Of a stretch of 64,000 nt of DNA, positions 1 to 9,432 are shown one piece after another (positions within the stretch are counted from its first letter, which is position 1; each line of letters begins with the position of its first letter). The notes under the pieces were generated by a model. The model was not told the DNA's origin. It ran no database searches and saw nothing but the letters and a program-made list of their open reading frames with translations. Source of the stretch: an uncultured bacterium (GTDB lineage: Bacteria > Armatimonadota > Hebobacteria > CAIYQO01); NCBI GenBank assembly GCA_964590255.1, contig CAZPYA010000001.1, positions 18,660 through 82,659 of the forward strand, given 5' to 3'. Made by a program: the position numbers and the translations under genes.

Positions 1-316
1 TGCGCACGCTGTCGTTGAGCGATACTGCGATTCGCGGGTGACGGATGGCCAGCGGCAGCCCGGGGAATCCCGCCCCGGTGCCGATGTCGACGACGCGCTC
101 CCCGGCGGCGGGCGTCCAGACACACTCCACGGTGAGCGAATCGAGGAAATGCTTTTCCAGCACCGCGTCCGGCGTGGTGATGGCGGTGAGATTCACCTGC
201 TGGTTGCGCGCGAGCAGCAACCCGAGCAGGTGCGCAAATTGCGCCTCCTGCTCGGGGGTAATCGTCAATCCCAGTTGTGCGGCGCCCTCGTGGAGCGCGG
301 TGGTGTCAATGTTCAT
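1..316 (-). CDS. rsmG: 16S rRNA m7G527 methyltransferase RsmG (GidB); start codon inside window, 3' end runs past the window start
   Basis: The reverse-strand translation from the ATG (rc of 314-316) reads MNIDTTALHEGAAQLGLTITPEQEAQFAHLLGLLLARNQQVNLTAITTPDAVLEKHFLDSLTV...VDIGTGAGFPGLPLAI. This matches the RsmG N-terminus and its SAM-binding GTGxGxPG motif. It lies in the conserved position downstream of mnmG. Confidence 0.75.
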   Translation of the reverse strand, partial: MNIDTTALHEGAAQLGLTITPEQEAQFAHLLGLLLARNQQVNLTAITTPDAVLEKHFLDSLTVECVWTPAAGERVVDIGTGAGFPGLPLAIRHPRIAVSLNDSVR

Positions 317-341
317 AATGTTTCACGTGAAACAGGCGATG

Positions 342-785
342 CTACCAGCGCGTCAAATCAGACAACAGGTGAAATGCGACATAACCAACGGCAAAACTCA
401 CCAGATTTGCGCCAACGACTTTCACGGCAAGATACGGCACCTTCTTCCGTAGCCATTGCAGGACCATCAAGTATAGCAGCGGTTCGAGCAGCAGCGGGAT
501 CACTTCCGCGGCCGCCCCCCAGCCATTGTTGACAAGCGTGGTGATTGGAAATGTCAGCAGGTTGATGCAGACGAACGCTAGTGCCCCTTGCCAGAAGGCC
601 ACCTCCCGCCCCAGTGCCCAACGGATACACAGATATTCCAACAGCAGCGCAGAGATGGCAACAAGCATGAAAAGATCGTCATATTGCGTCACGCCCCAGG
701 GTGTCGGGTACATGCCGACCGGATTCCCCCATGTTACGGTGGCGGTCAGCAATATTCCTAAAATAAGTATAGTCCGTTTTGGCAT
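342..785 (-). CDS. hypothetical integral membrane protein (about 4 TM), inserted between mnmG and rsmG
   Basis: 147-aa ORF with hydrophobic segments (ILILGILLTATV, LAFVCINLLTF, LLYLMVLQWL). ATG at rc 783-785 with an AGGA-type RBS upstream. Same strand as the flanking mnmG and rsmG. Confidence 0.5.
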   Translation of the reverse strand: MPKRTILILGILLTATVTWGNPVGMYPTPWGVTQYDDLFMLVAISALLLEYLCIRWALGREVAFWQGALAFVCINLLTFPITTLVNNGWGAAAEVIPLLLEPLLYLMVLQWLRKKVPYLAVKVVGANLVSFAVGYVAFHLLSDLTRW

Positions 786-803
786 GACTATGTCCCATCC
801 TCG

Positions 804-2669
804 TCATGATGTTTCACGTGAAACACTTTCTTCCCGCCGTTTCTTCGCCGATAGCCACACCAGCAGCAGTGAAATGTCCGCCGGGGTGACGCCGGGGACG
901 CGGGCGGCCTGGCCGACGGTGCGCGGACGCACGCGGGTGAGGTGTTCCACCGTTTCGCGGGAGAGGCCGCGCACGGCGCGATAGTCGAACTCGACCGGCA
1001 GCGGGTGGGCGTCCAGCCGGCGCTGCTGCGCCACCTGCCGCTGTTGGCGCTGGATGTATCCCTCATACTTGAGCGCCGTCTCCACCTGCGAGGCCACTTC
1101 GTCGGGCACGGCGGCGGCGACGGGGTCGGTGGCGCGCAGCTCCGCGTAGCGCGACTCCGGACGGCGCAGCCAGTCGGCGGTGCTCGCCAGCCCGGCGCCG
1201 TCCACGCCGCTCGCGCCTGGCGGGGTACCGAGCAGCCGGTCGAGTTCGGCGTCGATGGCGGCGCGCTTCGCCTGGAAACGCGCATGCGCGTCCGTGGGCA
1301 GCAGCCCCAGCGCCGCGCCGAGGTCGGCCAGCCGCAGGTCGGCGTTGTCCTGGCGCAGCAGCAGGCGGTGCTCGGCGCGGGAGGTAAGCATGCGGTAGGG
1401 CTCCTCGGTACCGCGGGTCACCAGGTCGTCGACGAGCACGCCGAGGTAGGCCTGCTCGCGGCCAAGGACGACGGGTTCCGCCGCGTGGAGGTGCTGTACC
1501 GCGTTGATGCCCGCCAGCAGCCCCTGTCCCGCCGCCTCCTCATATCCGGAGGTGCCGTTGATCTGTCCGGCGCAAAAGAGGCCGCCGACCGCCTTCGTCT
1601 CCAGGCTCGGCCAGAGCTGGTCGGGCGGTACGAAATCGTACTCCACCGCGTAGCCGGGGCGTACAATGACGGCGCGCTCCAGTCCGGGGATGGAGCGCAC
1701 GAATGCCGCCTGCGCGTCGGCGGGCAGGCTGGTGGAGATGCCCATCGGGTAAACGAGCTCAGACTCCCACCCCTCGCGTTCGAGGAACACCTGGTGGCGC
1801 TCGCGCTCAGCAAAGCGCACCACTTTATCCTCAATGGACGGGCAGTAGCGCGGCCCGCGCCCGTGGATGAGCCCGCCGTAGAGCGCCGACCGGGAGAGAT
1901 TTTCCCGAATGATGGCGTGCGTCTCCGCCGTGGTGGCGGTGATGTGGCAGGGCAATAGCGGGCGTGCGGGCAGACAGCACCCCTGCCAGGCGAACTGGAA
2001 GGCCAGCGGTGGGTCGGCCGATTCCTGCAATTCGCAGCGGTCATACGCGATGGTGGCCGCGTCGAGGCGCGGGGTGGTGCCCGTCTTCAGCCGCCCCAGC
2101 CGCAGCCCGCACGCGGCCAGCGAGGCGGAGAGCCGCCGCGCCGGGGGTTCCCCGTGCCGTCCCGCGTCCTCGGTGACGTCGCCGACGAAGGTGCGGGCAT
2201 TGAGGAAGGTGCCGGTGGCGAGAATCACCGCGCCAGCGGCGAGATGCTGGCCGTCGGCCAGCACGACGCCGGCCACGCGGCCATCCTCCACACGCAACGC
2301 CGCCGTTTCGCCTTCGCGCAGCGTCAGGTTCGGCAGCGCGGCGAGGCGCGCCTGCATCAGCGCCGGATACAGGGTTTTGTCCACCTGCGCGCGAATGGCC
2401 TGCACCGCCGGGCCCTTGCTGGTGTTCAGCAGGCGCACGTGGGTCATCGCCGCGTCGGCGACGGCGGGCATGAGGCCACCCAGCGCGGCGATCTCGCGCA
2501 CCAGATGTGCCTTCGCCGGGCCGCCGATGCTGCAGTTGCAGGGCAGGTGCGCCACGCGCGCCAGGCGGATGGCGAGCAGCAGCGTACGGGCGCCGCGTCG
2601 CGCCGCTGCCGCCGCCGCCTCGCATCCCGCGTGCCCGCCCCCCACTACGATGACGTCAAAATGCTCCAC
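804..2669 (-). CDS. mnmG: tRNA uridine 5-carboxymethylaminomethyl modification enzyme MnmG (GidA)
   Basis: The translation contains VEHFDVIVVGGGHAGCEAAAAAARRGARTLLL (FAD-binding GxGxxG), the core CPSIEDKVVRF and a C-terminal GidA domain. The track ORF extends to 2936, but conserved MnmG sequence begins at the GTG at rc 2667-2669. The 89-aa upstream extension is not supported. Confidence 0.85.
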   Translation of the reverse strand: MEHFDVIVVGGGHAGCEAAAAAARRGARTLLLAIRLARVAHLPCNCSIGGPAKAHLVREIAALGGLMPAVADAAMTHVRLLNTSKGPAVQAIRAQVDKTLYPALMQARLAALPNLTLREGETAALRVEDGRVAGVVLADGQHLAAGAVILATGTFLNARTFVGDVTEDAGRHGEPPARRLSASLAACGLRLGRLKTGTTPRLDAATIAYDRCELQESADPPLAFQFAWQGCCLPARPLLPCHITATTAETHAIIRENLSRSALYGGLIHGRGPRYCPSIEDKVVRFAERERHQVFLEREGWESELVYPMGISTSLPADAQAAFVRSIPGLERAVIVRPGYAVEYDFVPPDQLWPSLETKAVGGLFCAGQINGTSGYEEAAGQGLLAGINAVQHLHAAEPVVLGREQAYLGVLVDDLVTRGTEEPYRMLTSRAEHRLLLRQDNADLRLADLGAALGLLPTDAHARFQAKRAAIDAELDRLLGTPPGASGVDGAGLASTADWLRRPESRYAELRATDPVAAAVPDEVASQVETALKYEGYIQRQQRQVAQQRRLDAHPLPVEFDYRAVRGLSRETVEHLTRVRPRTVGQAARVPGVTPADISLLLVWLSAKKRREESVSRETS

Positions 2670-2960
2670 GGCGCCATTATACACGGTGCGGGCGGAGGCG
2701 TCGAAGGCGGGCTTTCCGCGCCGTCGACGCGACGAGGAAGAGTATGGGCATGGGGAGGCAGATGCTCGAGGCACCCGCTGTATCCACTCCAAGCCCTCCT
2801 GTCCACGATAGGGACAAATCCCCAACCTCCCCGAGGCGAGATGGGAGTTTGTCGCTATTTTGCCGCGTGCCGCACAGGCAGCGCACGGATAATCCTCAGT
2901 GGAAGCCCGCCTCGCGCCCCACGGGCCGAGCGGCATGCATACGCAAAGGAGGATCCGAGT

Positions 2961-3791
2961 ATGCGATACCTGTTGATGATGCTGGCGGCGGTGGCGCTGT
3001 TTACGGCGACGCAGGCCCAGATGGTGGCGGTGGCGGCGTCACCCGAAACGACGACAGTAATGAGTACCATGCCGAATACGATGCCGGCGTGCGCCTTCAG
3101 CGCGGCCGACCTGCCGCAGCCCTGCCCGGTGATTGCCAGCACCCCGCTGAATTCCCGCTCCGTGGTGCTGGTGCTGGGGACGGAGGAACGCTACGCGCTG
3201 TCCAACGCCCCGGTCGGCCGGCTCGGTTGGTACGACTTTTCGCAGAATTTCAACAGCTACTTCGACCCGCGCAACCCGATGACCAGCCATCGGCCGAGTC
3301 GAGTGGTGGTGCGCCACGGCAACCCGTTCATGCCGTACCACCAGGTGACCGCGCGGCTGCGCCCGCAGGAGATCACCGCGACCCAGCGGGTGGTGATGCT
3401 GCCGTCGTCGCTGTCCGAGGCCGACCGCACCACGCTGGTAGGGGTGTCCGACCGCTACCGCATGATGACGCCGGAGCAGGCGCGGGTGATGGGTTACGTG
3501 CCGCAGGGCACCTGCGCGCCGGGCACCGGGCAGCTTTACCTGAATACCGCCATGGTCGATGGCCGCGTCGATCCGCTCAATCCGGAGGGATTCTACTTCG
3601 GCGCCGACGGGCGGGTGCTCGCTGCCGTCTACCTGGTGAGTTCCACTACGCCGGTGATGCTGTATGGGCAGACCACCATGCCCAGCACCATCACCCCGGG
3701 CGCCCAGCAGATGACGGTGTGGGTGTTCGACCCGAACCCGAACGGTTTCTTTGCCGCATTGAACCCGAACACGAAGTGCACGGTGCTGTAG
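2961..3791 (+). CDS. hypothetical secreted protein (signal peptide)
   Basis: ATG at 2961 preceded by AAAGGAGGA (2945-2953). N-terminus MRYLLMMLAAVALFTATQAQ is signal-peptide-like. Only the 3' part of track ORF 2154..3791 is credible, because the 5' part is antisense to mnmG. Confidence 0.6.
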   Translation: MRYLLMMLAAVALFTATQAQMVAVAASPETTTVMSTMPNTMPACAFSAADLPQPCPVIASTPLNSRSVVLVLGTEERYALSNAPVGRLGWYDFSQNFNSYFDPRNPMTSHRPSRVVVRHGNPFMPYHQVTARLRPQEITATQRVVMLPSSLSEADRTTLVGVSDRYRMMTPEQARVMGYVPQGTCAPGTGQLYLNTAMVDGRVDPLNPEGFYFGADGRVLAAVYLVSSTTPVMLYGQTTMPSTITPGAQQMTVWVFDPNPNGFFAALNPNTKCTVL

Positions 3792-4018
3792 CCCGTTCTC
3801 GCCGCGGAGGATGGCCTGTGTGCCCTGAACGTTGAATATCGCTCCGACCAGCATCGACCGATTATCTCGGTTCCCCGGATTGAAATCCGGGGCTGGAGAG
3901 ACAAAGTCGGCCTGCGCCGACTGGCCTGTTCCGGGAATACACCCGAATACTGGCCTAAGCGGTAGATCAATGCACAATCGCATCGGCCGCCCTCCGCGGT
4001 TGCCCCTTCCCGCCGGCT

Positions 4019-5281
4019 GTGCTACACTCTGCCGGCATGTCCGCTTCACGCGCGAATCTCCGCACCGTATTAATCGTCACGCTGCTCTACGGCGTCGTCA
4101 CCGGCGTCTATGAGCTGGCGCTGCCGTCGCTGCTCGACGCGTGGGGCATCAAACTCAGCGCCATGGGCGCGATTTTCGCCCTCTCCGGCCTGGTGATGGT
4201 GCTGGCGCGCATCTACCTGGGCGGGCTGGCGGACCGCTGGGGCCGGAAACTCGTCTACGGCTGGGCGCTGGCGCTGTGCGGCGTCACCACCTGCTGCGCG
4301 CCGTGCTCGCCGCTGCTGGTGTGGCAGGTGGCGCTGAAAGCGCTGCGCGACCTCACCGCGCTCACCCGCGAGACGCTGCACCCGGTGATCCTCTACGAGG
4401 CGGGGCGCGAGGTTTTCCTCGAGCGCATCGGGCGCTTCCGCGGCATCGAATACCTCTTCCAGGCGGGTGGCACCTTTCTCATGGGCGGGGTCTTCTGGCT
4501 GCTCACCCGAGCGGCGATGCCTCCGGCCGCCGCCTACGCCGCCATCATTATCGGCGGCGGCGCCCTGCTCGTTCTCGCCGGCGCCCTCTGGGCGATGGGC
4601 TTTCGCGAGACACCGGTGGCGACGGTGCCGCGGCGCATCACCCTGCGCGAGCTGGTGAGCCTGGATCTGCATCCGAATCTGCGGCTCATCGCCATTTCCG
4701 GGATCCTCTTCGCCTTCGGGCTGCAGCTCAGCCACAGCTTTTACATGATCCTCTTCTTCCCCAAACGCTTTGGCGCCAGCCTCGCGGACGTCACCCTCAT
4801 CATGATCATCCACCGCTTTACGCTGGCGCTGCCGCTGCTGGTGATGAGCGGGTCGAAGCTGAAGATCCTGAAGGCGTGGTACATCGCCGGCATCGTCATG
4901 CAGGGCGTCGTGCTCACCATCTCGGCGGTGCTGCCGTGGCTGTGGGCGTCGGCGGGAGTGTGGCTGCTGCACGACCTCATCGGCGCGGGCATCTGGCTGC
5001 CTATCCAGTCCACGCTCATCCAGCAATATTCCCGCGACGCGTCGCGCGGGCTGGAGGTGGGCAAGGTGCTGGCGTGGGGCGGCATCGGCGGCGCGCTGGG
5101 CCCGCTGGCCGCCGGCTACCTCGCCGAGGCGCAATTCCTGCCGGCGTTCCTCGCTCCCTACGCCGTCATCCTCCCCTTCCTCGCCAGCGGCCTCTTCGTG
5201 CTGCTGTCGGCGGTGCCGCTGTTCGGGTTGAAGCTGGCGGCGGAGCCGGTGGCGGTGGCAGAGAAGGTGGCAGCGGGATAG
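4019..5281 (+). CDS. MFS-type transporter
   Basis: 420 aa with about 12 hydrophobic segments and an MFS-like GGLADRWGRK motif after TM2. The start could instead be the ATG at 4037. Confidence 0.7.
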   Translation: MLHSAGMSASRANLRTVLIVTLLYGVVTGVYELALPSLLDAWGIKLSAMGAIFALSGLVMVLARIYLGGLADRWGRKLVYGWALALCGVTTCCAPCSPLLVWQVALKALRDLTALTRETLHPVILYEAGREVFLERIGRFRGIEYLFQAGGTFLMGGVFWLLTRAAMPPAAAYAAIIIGGGALLVLAGALWAMGFRETPVATVPRRITLRELVSLDLHPNLRLIAISGILFAFGLQLSHSFYMILFFPKRFGASLADVTLIMIIHRFTLALPLLVMSGSKLKILKAWYIAGIVMQGVVLTISAVLPWLWASAGVWLLHDLIGAGIWLPIQSTLIQQYSRDASRGLEVGKVLAWGGIGGALGPLAAGYLAEAQFLPAFLAPYAVILPFLASGLFVLLSAVPLFGLKLAAEPVAVAEKVAAG

Positions 5282-5706
5282 GCGACGGCCAGGCCTTGTG
5301 GGGCAGTTATCCCCGGTACATTTGCGCAAATGGCCCACAAGGCGGGCGGCAGGCAGCTTCCCTGGCCCCGGCCTCGGGCATCGCTGTAAAAATCGGGGGC
5401 AAGGATACTGGCGCGGTTGTCTTACCCTCGCGTACCCTCATCGCGTATATGCTGTGAAAACGGCGGTTAAGATAACCGGAACGATAATGTATGTCTCCCG
5501 TTTTACGGCGGATGATGCGCGCTTGGCGACGGTGACTTCGCGGGCGATCACGGCGTGGAGACTTCCACCCACGAATGCCACGGTCGTTCGCTACGGGTAT
5601 CAGCGGGAGTATAGCAGATTTAGCGGTTTATGCCAAGCGGATGTTTGCCTGTGCCTGGGCCTTGATATTCTTGATTGGCTGCCGCAGACCCCACCCCGGC
5701 CTCAGG

Positions 5707-5741
5707 CCATCCCTCCCCCTGCAGGAGAGGGGGAGGGATGG
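5707..5741. repeat. perfect GC-rich hairpin (14-bp stem, 7-nt loop), a member of the CCCTCCCC...GGGGAGGG repeat family
   Basis: ccatccctccccct gcaggag agggggagggatgg, read directly from the sequence. Confidence 0.8.
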
Positions 5742-5761
5742 TTGTGGGTGGTGCTCCCGGC

Positions 5762-5910
5762 AAATACCATTCAAATATGGGCTCTCGACCGCCACGCGCA
5801 ACCTCTCCCCCAGTCCCCCCCCTACGTGGGGAGGGGAGAGTCATAAGGAAATTCTGCGGCGGGGAGAGGCGGGTTCGCCATACGCAGCAGGCATATTTAA
5901 ACGGTATTGG
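5762..5910 (+). mobile_element. MITE-like element, family 1, copy 1 (about 149 bp, TIRs, flanked by 9-bp direct repeat GCTCCCGGC)
   Basis: TIRs aataccattcaaatatg and catatttaaacggtatt (reverse complements of each other with 2 mismatches). The flanks are gctcccggc|element|gctcccggc. The element is about 85% identical to 18341-18488. Confidence 0.75.
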
Positions 5911-6330
5911 GGCTCCCGGCGCGTACGAAGCAGATTGTCGTTTTTATTTTGACAGCTCTGATTACCTGTGAAAATTAGCTGGTACTCCCGTCGTTTGGCG
6001 CGATGTCTTCGCTTTTCGTGTATGCGGCAATGCACGATTCGCCGTTTTCGCCGATATCGCTATGAGCAACCAGGAACTGGAGTACTACGCCGAAGGGTTT
6101 GGAGCAGCCGACACGCTGCCGGATTTGTTGGCAGGCACGGATGGCCCGTCCGCGGACGTGGTCTATGTGGAAGCCGATGTGCCGCTGCGCGGCTATCCGA
6201 TCGGAAGTGGGCATCGAATCGGCCTGCACAATGGCGGCGGCCGTTTACAAGTTTCTCTCAAGCTTATGCGTAGACCCGCCAAGGGGAGCGCCATTGACCC
6301 CCGGCCCCTTGCGGGCTATACTTCCCCCCG

Positions 6331-7239
6331 ATGCCTGAGAATCTCGCGGCTTTGCTGTTTGCGTGCGCGTCCGGGCTGGCGATTGCGCTGTTGGGGTTGG
6401 CCTACAAGGTGAGCGCGCAGCGCCAGTGCCGTCCGGTGCCGTTCACCACCGCCTTCCTTGTCACGGCGGGGCTGCTGCTGCTGGCGAAATCCTTCACCGA
6501 AACGACGAACTGGGGCGACGCGCGGCTGTGGGCGCTGGCGCTGCCGGTGGGCGCGCTCTTTTATGTGGGCATCCCCACCATCATCGCCGCCAACCGCATG
6601 GGGCCGGCGTCGGTGAACTGGACCTTCGTCAACCTCGGGCTCATCGTGCCCATCCTTGCCGGCCCGGTGTTCTTCCACGAGCGACTGCTGCTGGTCGACG
6701 GCGTCACCCTTGTCCTCTTCGTGGTGATGCTCCTGGCCTTCGCCCGTGACATGGCGACTGGCGACGAGACGAAGGCCGAGCACCTGCTACCCTACAGCCT
6801 GCTGCTCGTCGCGGTGTGGGCGAACAACGGCATCGCCATGTCGCTGCTGAAGGAAAAGGACGTGCTGCTGGGGCAGACGAACTCCGGGGCGTTCGGCGCC
6901 ATCTTCTACCTCTCCGGCGCGGCGCTCATGTTCATCACGTCGCTGATCACCGAGCGCGGGCAGCGGCCGCGGCCGGTTGACTACGCCGTGGGGGCCATCG
7001 CCGGCCTGTGCAGCGGGCTGGCTATCCTCTTCATGCTGCTGGCCGCCAGCCTGCCCACCGCCGTGCTTTTTCCCATCACCCAGGGGCTGGGCCTGCTGGG
7101 CGGGGTGGTGCTGGCGACGGCCATCTACCGGGAGCGGCTGACCCCGCTGAAGCTGCTCGGGCTGGCGCTGGGGCTGGCGGTGCTGCTCACCGCGGGACTC
7201 AGGTCGTCGATCATGGCAGTGTTCGCAGGTGTGCGATGA
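6331..7239 (+). CDS. DMT/EamA-like membrane transporter (about 10 TM)
   Basis: 302 aa, strongly hydrophobic throughout, with a two-fold repeat architecture typical of the drug/metabolite transporter superfamily. Confidence 0.55.
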   Translation: MPENLAALLFACASGLAIALLGLAYKVSAQRQCRPVPFTTAFLVTAGLLLLAKSFTETTNWGDARLWALALPVGALFYVGIPTIIAANRMGPASVNWTFVNLGLIVPILAGPVFFHERLLLVDGVTLVLFVVMLLAFARDMATGDETKAEHLLPYSLLLVAVWANNGIAMSLLKEKDVLLGQTNSGAFGAIFYLSGAALMFITSLITERGQRPRPVDYAVGAIAGLCSGLAILFMLLAASLPTAVLFPITQGLGLLGGVVLATAIYRERLTPLKLLGLALGLAVLLTAGLRSSIMAVFAGVR

Positions 7240-7328
7240 TATTGCATCCAGTAGAATTAATAGCACAGTGTGGAAGCCGACCGTAGTCGCGTCCTGGCAG
7301 TTTTAGAAGTGATTTGGAAGTAAGTTGA

Positions 7329-7416
7329 GCAGCGAGTCTGGAAGCCGGCGCGAGCCGCGCGTCGGGAGAATCACTCCTCCCAAGGCGCGACTCGCGTCGG
7401 CTTCCAGACTCGCTGC
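7329..7416. repeat. large hairpin repeat (family D: GCAGCGAGTCTGGAAGCCG arms) at a convergent gene junction; likely bidirectional terminator
   Basis: The 19-bp perfect inverted repeat gcagcgagtctggaagccg ... cggcttccagactcgctgc flanks an internally palindromic spacer. The motif cttccagact(c/t)gctgct recurs at 14030-14165. Confidence 0.7.
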
Positions 7417-7470
7417 TGTTTTCCACAACTGTATGGATAATCGTGCGGATGGGACATCCGCGCTCCCAGG

Positions 7471-9432
7471 CTATTTCCGTTCGAGCAGGATGGGGAGGCC
7501 GTTGGTTTCCTTCTGGGCGAAGGCGGGTTCGGGGTTGCCCTGGCTGAAGTAGACCCACCAGGTGCTGCCCAGACCCTGGCCGCCGCGGGGGCCGTTGTGG
7601 CCGGCCCAGGGGTCGGCAAGGATGGCGCGGACGCGGGCATTGGCCAGACGCGACCAGGCGGCGTAGGCGGCGGCCTGGCAGGTGACGGAATCGGACATGC
7701 CGGAGAGGATGAGCACCGGGCAGGTGATGCGCGGGGCGAAGTTGGCGGCGTCCATGTAGCGCGCCACGGCGACGCGCGCCTCGATCACCTGTGGGTCCTT
7801 CACGGGCTGTAACTTGTCGTCCAGCGGATCGATGGGCGGCCAGAAGGCGGGCAGGTGGCGCAGCTTCCACTCCAGGCCGAAGAGGCCGGGGCTGCCGCTC
7901 ACCGCCATGCCCACCTTGGGGTTCAGCGCGGCGGTGATGAAGGTGAGACCGCCGCCCTGCGAGCCGCCGGTGACGAAGATGCGCGCGGGGTCGGTCTCCG
8001 GCCGCGCGGCGAGGATATCCACCGCCCGGCTGCACGCGGCGAAGACGGCGCGGTAATACCATGTCTCTTTCTTCTCGATACCGGTCTGGAAGTAGTCCCA
8101 GCCGCGGTTGAAATACGGGTCGGGCTTGTAGGTGAGGGTGGGGTATTCCACCTCCTGGCCGGCGATGGCCAGCGACATGCCGACGACCGGGCCGGCATAC
8201 GGCAGGTACGTGGCGTTGATGCCGCTGGGCGGCAGTTGCAGGTGGGCGGGGTACTTGCCCTCCTTCACCGGCACCGACAGCCAGGCGTTGAACTTGCGCC
8301 CAAAGAGGCCCATGAAGGACAGCTTGTAGAGCTTGTTGGCGGCGTCTTCCTTCACCAGCGTCAACTGCACGTCCGCCGGAATCTTCTCCTGCTCGGCCAG
8401 CGTGTCGTTCCAGAACGTGTCGAAATCAGCGGGGCGCTCAGGCGGCGTCATCTTCGAGATGTCGTAGGCGAAGGGGAAGTTGCGCGTCGCCAGCGTCTCC
8501 TCGCCCTGCTTGGCCACCAGCGTCGCCTGGTAAAAGCCCGGCGCGGGCGCCACGTTGAAGAGCACCTTGCTTTCCGCCAGCGCGGCCAACTTCAACGGTT
8601 GCTGTTGGCGGAAGACTTCCTTTTTCGTGAGGAAATCGGTGACCACCAGTTCGGCCGTGCCGTCAATGGCGACTCCCGGAAAGCGCAGCTTCGCCGCGAA
8701 GCCCATCGCCGCGGGGGCACCGCCGGGGAACAGGTGATTGGCCGTCGGCACGGCGATGACGGACTGCAGCGCGTCGGCAGCGGTCGGTTTGGCATGGACC
8801 ACAATGCGCCGGGTGATAGTATCCTTGGCCCAGGTGCGCGGCATCCACATCTGCAGCACCATCGGATCGGTGTCGGGCTTTTTGGCCGAATTTTTCGCGA
8901 TGTGGTAGAACGCGCCCGCCGGTAGCGTGATATTCGCGCCGCGGGGATTGAAGAGTTGCGGCGCGCCCTCGCGCCAGACGGTCTTCATCGGGATCGCCTC
9001 GCCCGATTGCTGCTCATACATGGTCACGCCCACCTGGTTCACGCATATCGACCAGATCGTCGGGTCCGCGGTGTGCGAAAAGGTCAGCTCAATGGCGTCC
9101 GGCAGGAAGGTGTAGATCAGCGTATGCTTGTCCGCGGTGGCGGTAACAATAGGGCCCTCCGCGCTGACCGTGGTGAATTTATACGCCGTCGCCGTCCATT
9201 CCGCCGCCTCGACGATGGTAAGGTAGCCGCCGCCCACCACCCCTTTGAGGCCGTCACAGAGAAATTCGGTGCCGTCGCTCACCAGCGAGTGCAGATTGCC
9301 GTCCGCCCCCACCTTCGCGGTGTAATTCGCGGTGGCGGCCGTGTAGCCGCCGTCGTCGGCTTTGGTGATCGTCACCTGAGAGAGCGCTGCCATGGCGGCT
9401 AGAGTGAGCAGCAGCAGGACAGAGATGCGCAT
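7471..9432 (-). CDS. secreted acetyl xylan esterase / cephalosporin-C deacetylase-like (CE7 family) esterase with N-terminal extra domain
   Basis: Signal peptide MRISVLLLLTLAAMAALSQ from the ATG at rc 9430-9432, with a GGAGG RBS. The C-terminal half carries the GGSQGG nucleophile-elbow motif and AXE1-like sequence. The 45-aa track ORF N-terminal extension is rejected. Confidence 0.7.
   Translation of the reverse strand: MRISVLLLLTLAAMAALSQVTITKADDGGYTAATANYTAKVGADGNLHSLVSDGTEFLCDGLKGVVGGGYLTIVEAAEWTATAYKFTTVSAEGPIVTATADKHTLIYTFLPDAIELTFSHTADPTIWSICVNQVGVTMYEQQSGEAIPMKTVWREGAPQLFNPRGANITLPAGAFYHIAKNSAKKPDTDPMVLQMWMPRTWAKDTITRRIVVHAKPTAADALQSVIAVPTANHLFPGGAPAAMGFAAKLRFPGVAIDGTAELVVTDFLTKKEVFRQQQPLKLAALAESKVLFNVAPAPGFYQATLVAKQGEETLATRNFPFAYDISKMTPPERPADFDTFWNDTLAEQEKIPADVQLTLVKEDAANKLYKLSFMGLFGRKFNAWLSVPVKEGKYPAHLQLPPSGINATYLPYAGPVVGMSLAIAGQEVEYPTLTYKPDPYFNRGWDYFQTGIEKKETWYYRAVFAACSRAVDILAARPETDPARIFVTGGSQGGGLTFITAALNPKVGMAVSGSPGLFGLEWKLRHLPAFWPPIDPLDDKLQPVKDPQVIEARVAVARYMDAANFAPRITCPVLILSGMSDSVTCQAAAYAAWSRLANARVRAILADPWAGHNGPRGGQGLGSTWWVYFSQGNPEPAFAQKETNGLPILLERK

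Noticed and set aside
942-1958. Long antisense ORFs inside mnmG, the MFS gene, the O-antigen ligase, the DUF5693-like gene, ygiQ, the sulfatase, the heparinase-like gene and others (for example 942..1958+, 4070..5338-, 38091..39683-, 42894..44300-, 20112..21971-, 46087..47556-, 52263..53561-)
   Set aside because: These are typical high-GC antisense open frames with Arg/Ala/Gly-rich low-complexity translations and no RBS. The opposite strand carries recognisable conserved proteins.
804-2936. 710-aa track ORF for mnmG with an 89-aa N-terminal extension
   Set aside because: The conserved MnmG sequence (VEHFDVIVVGGGHAGCEA) begins at the internal GTG at 2669. The extension is Arg/Ser-rich GC-artefact sequence with no homology.
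2154-3791. 545-aa plus-strand ORF spanning 2154-3791
   Set aside because: The 5' 270 codons are antisense to mnmG. Only the segment from the ATG at 2961, which has a good RBS and a signal peptide, is credible.
3866-3895. Hairpin ccccgga-ttgaaa-tccgggg downstream of the secreted-protein gene as a terminator
   Set aside because: Stem is only 7 bp and is not followed by a T-run. It is too weak to call.
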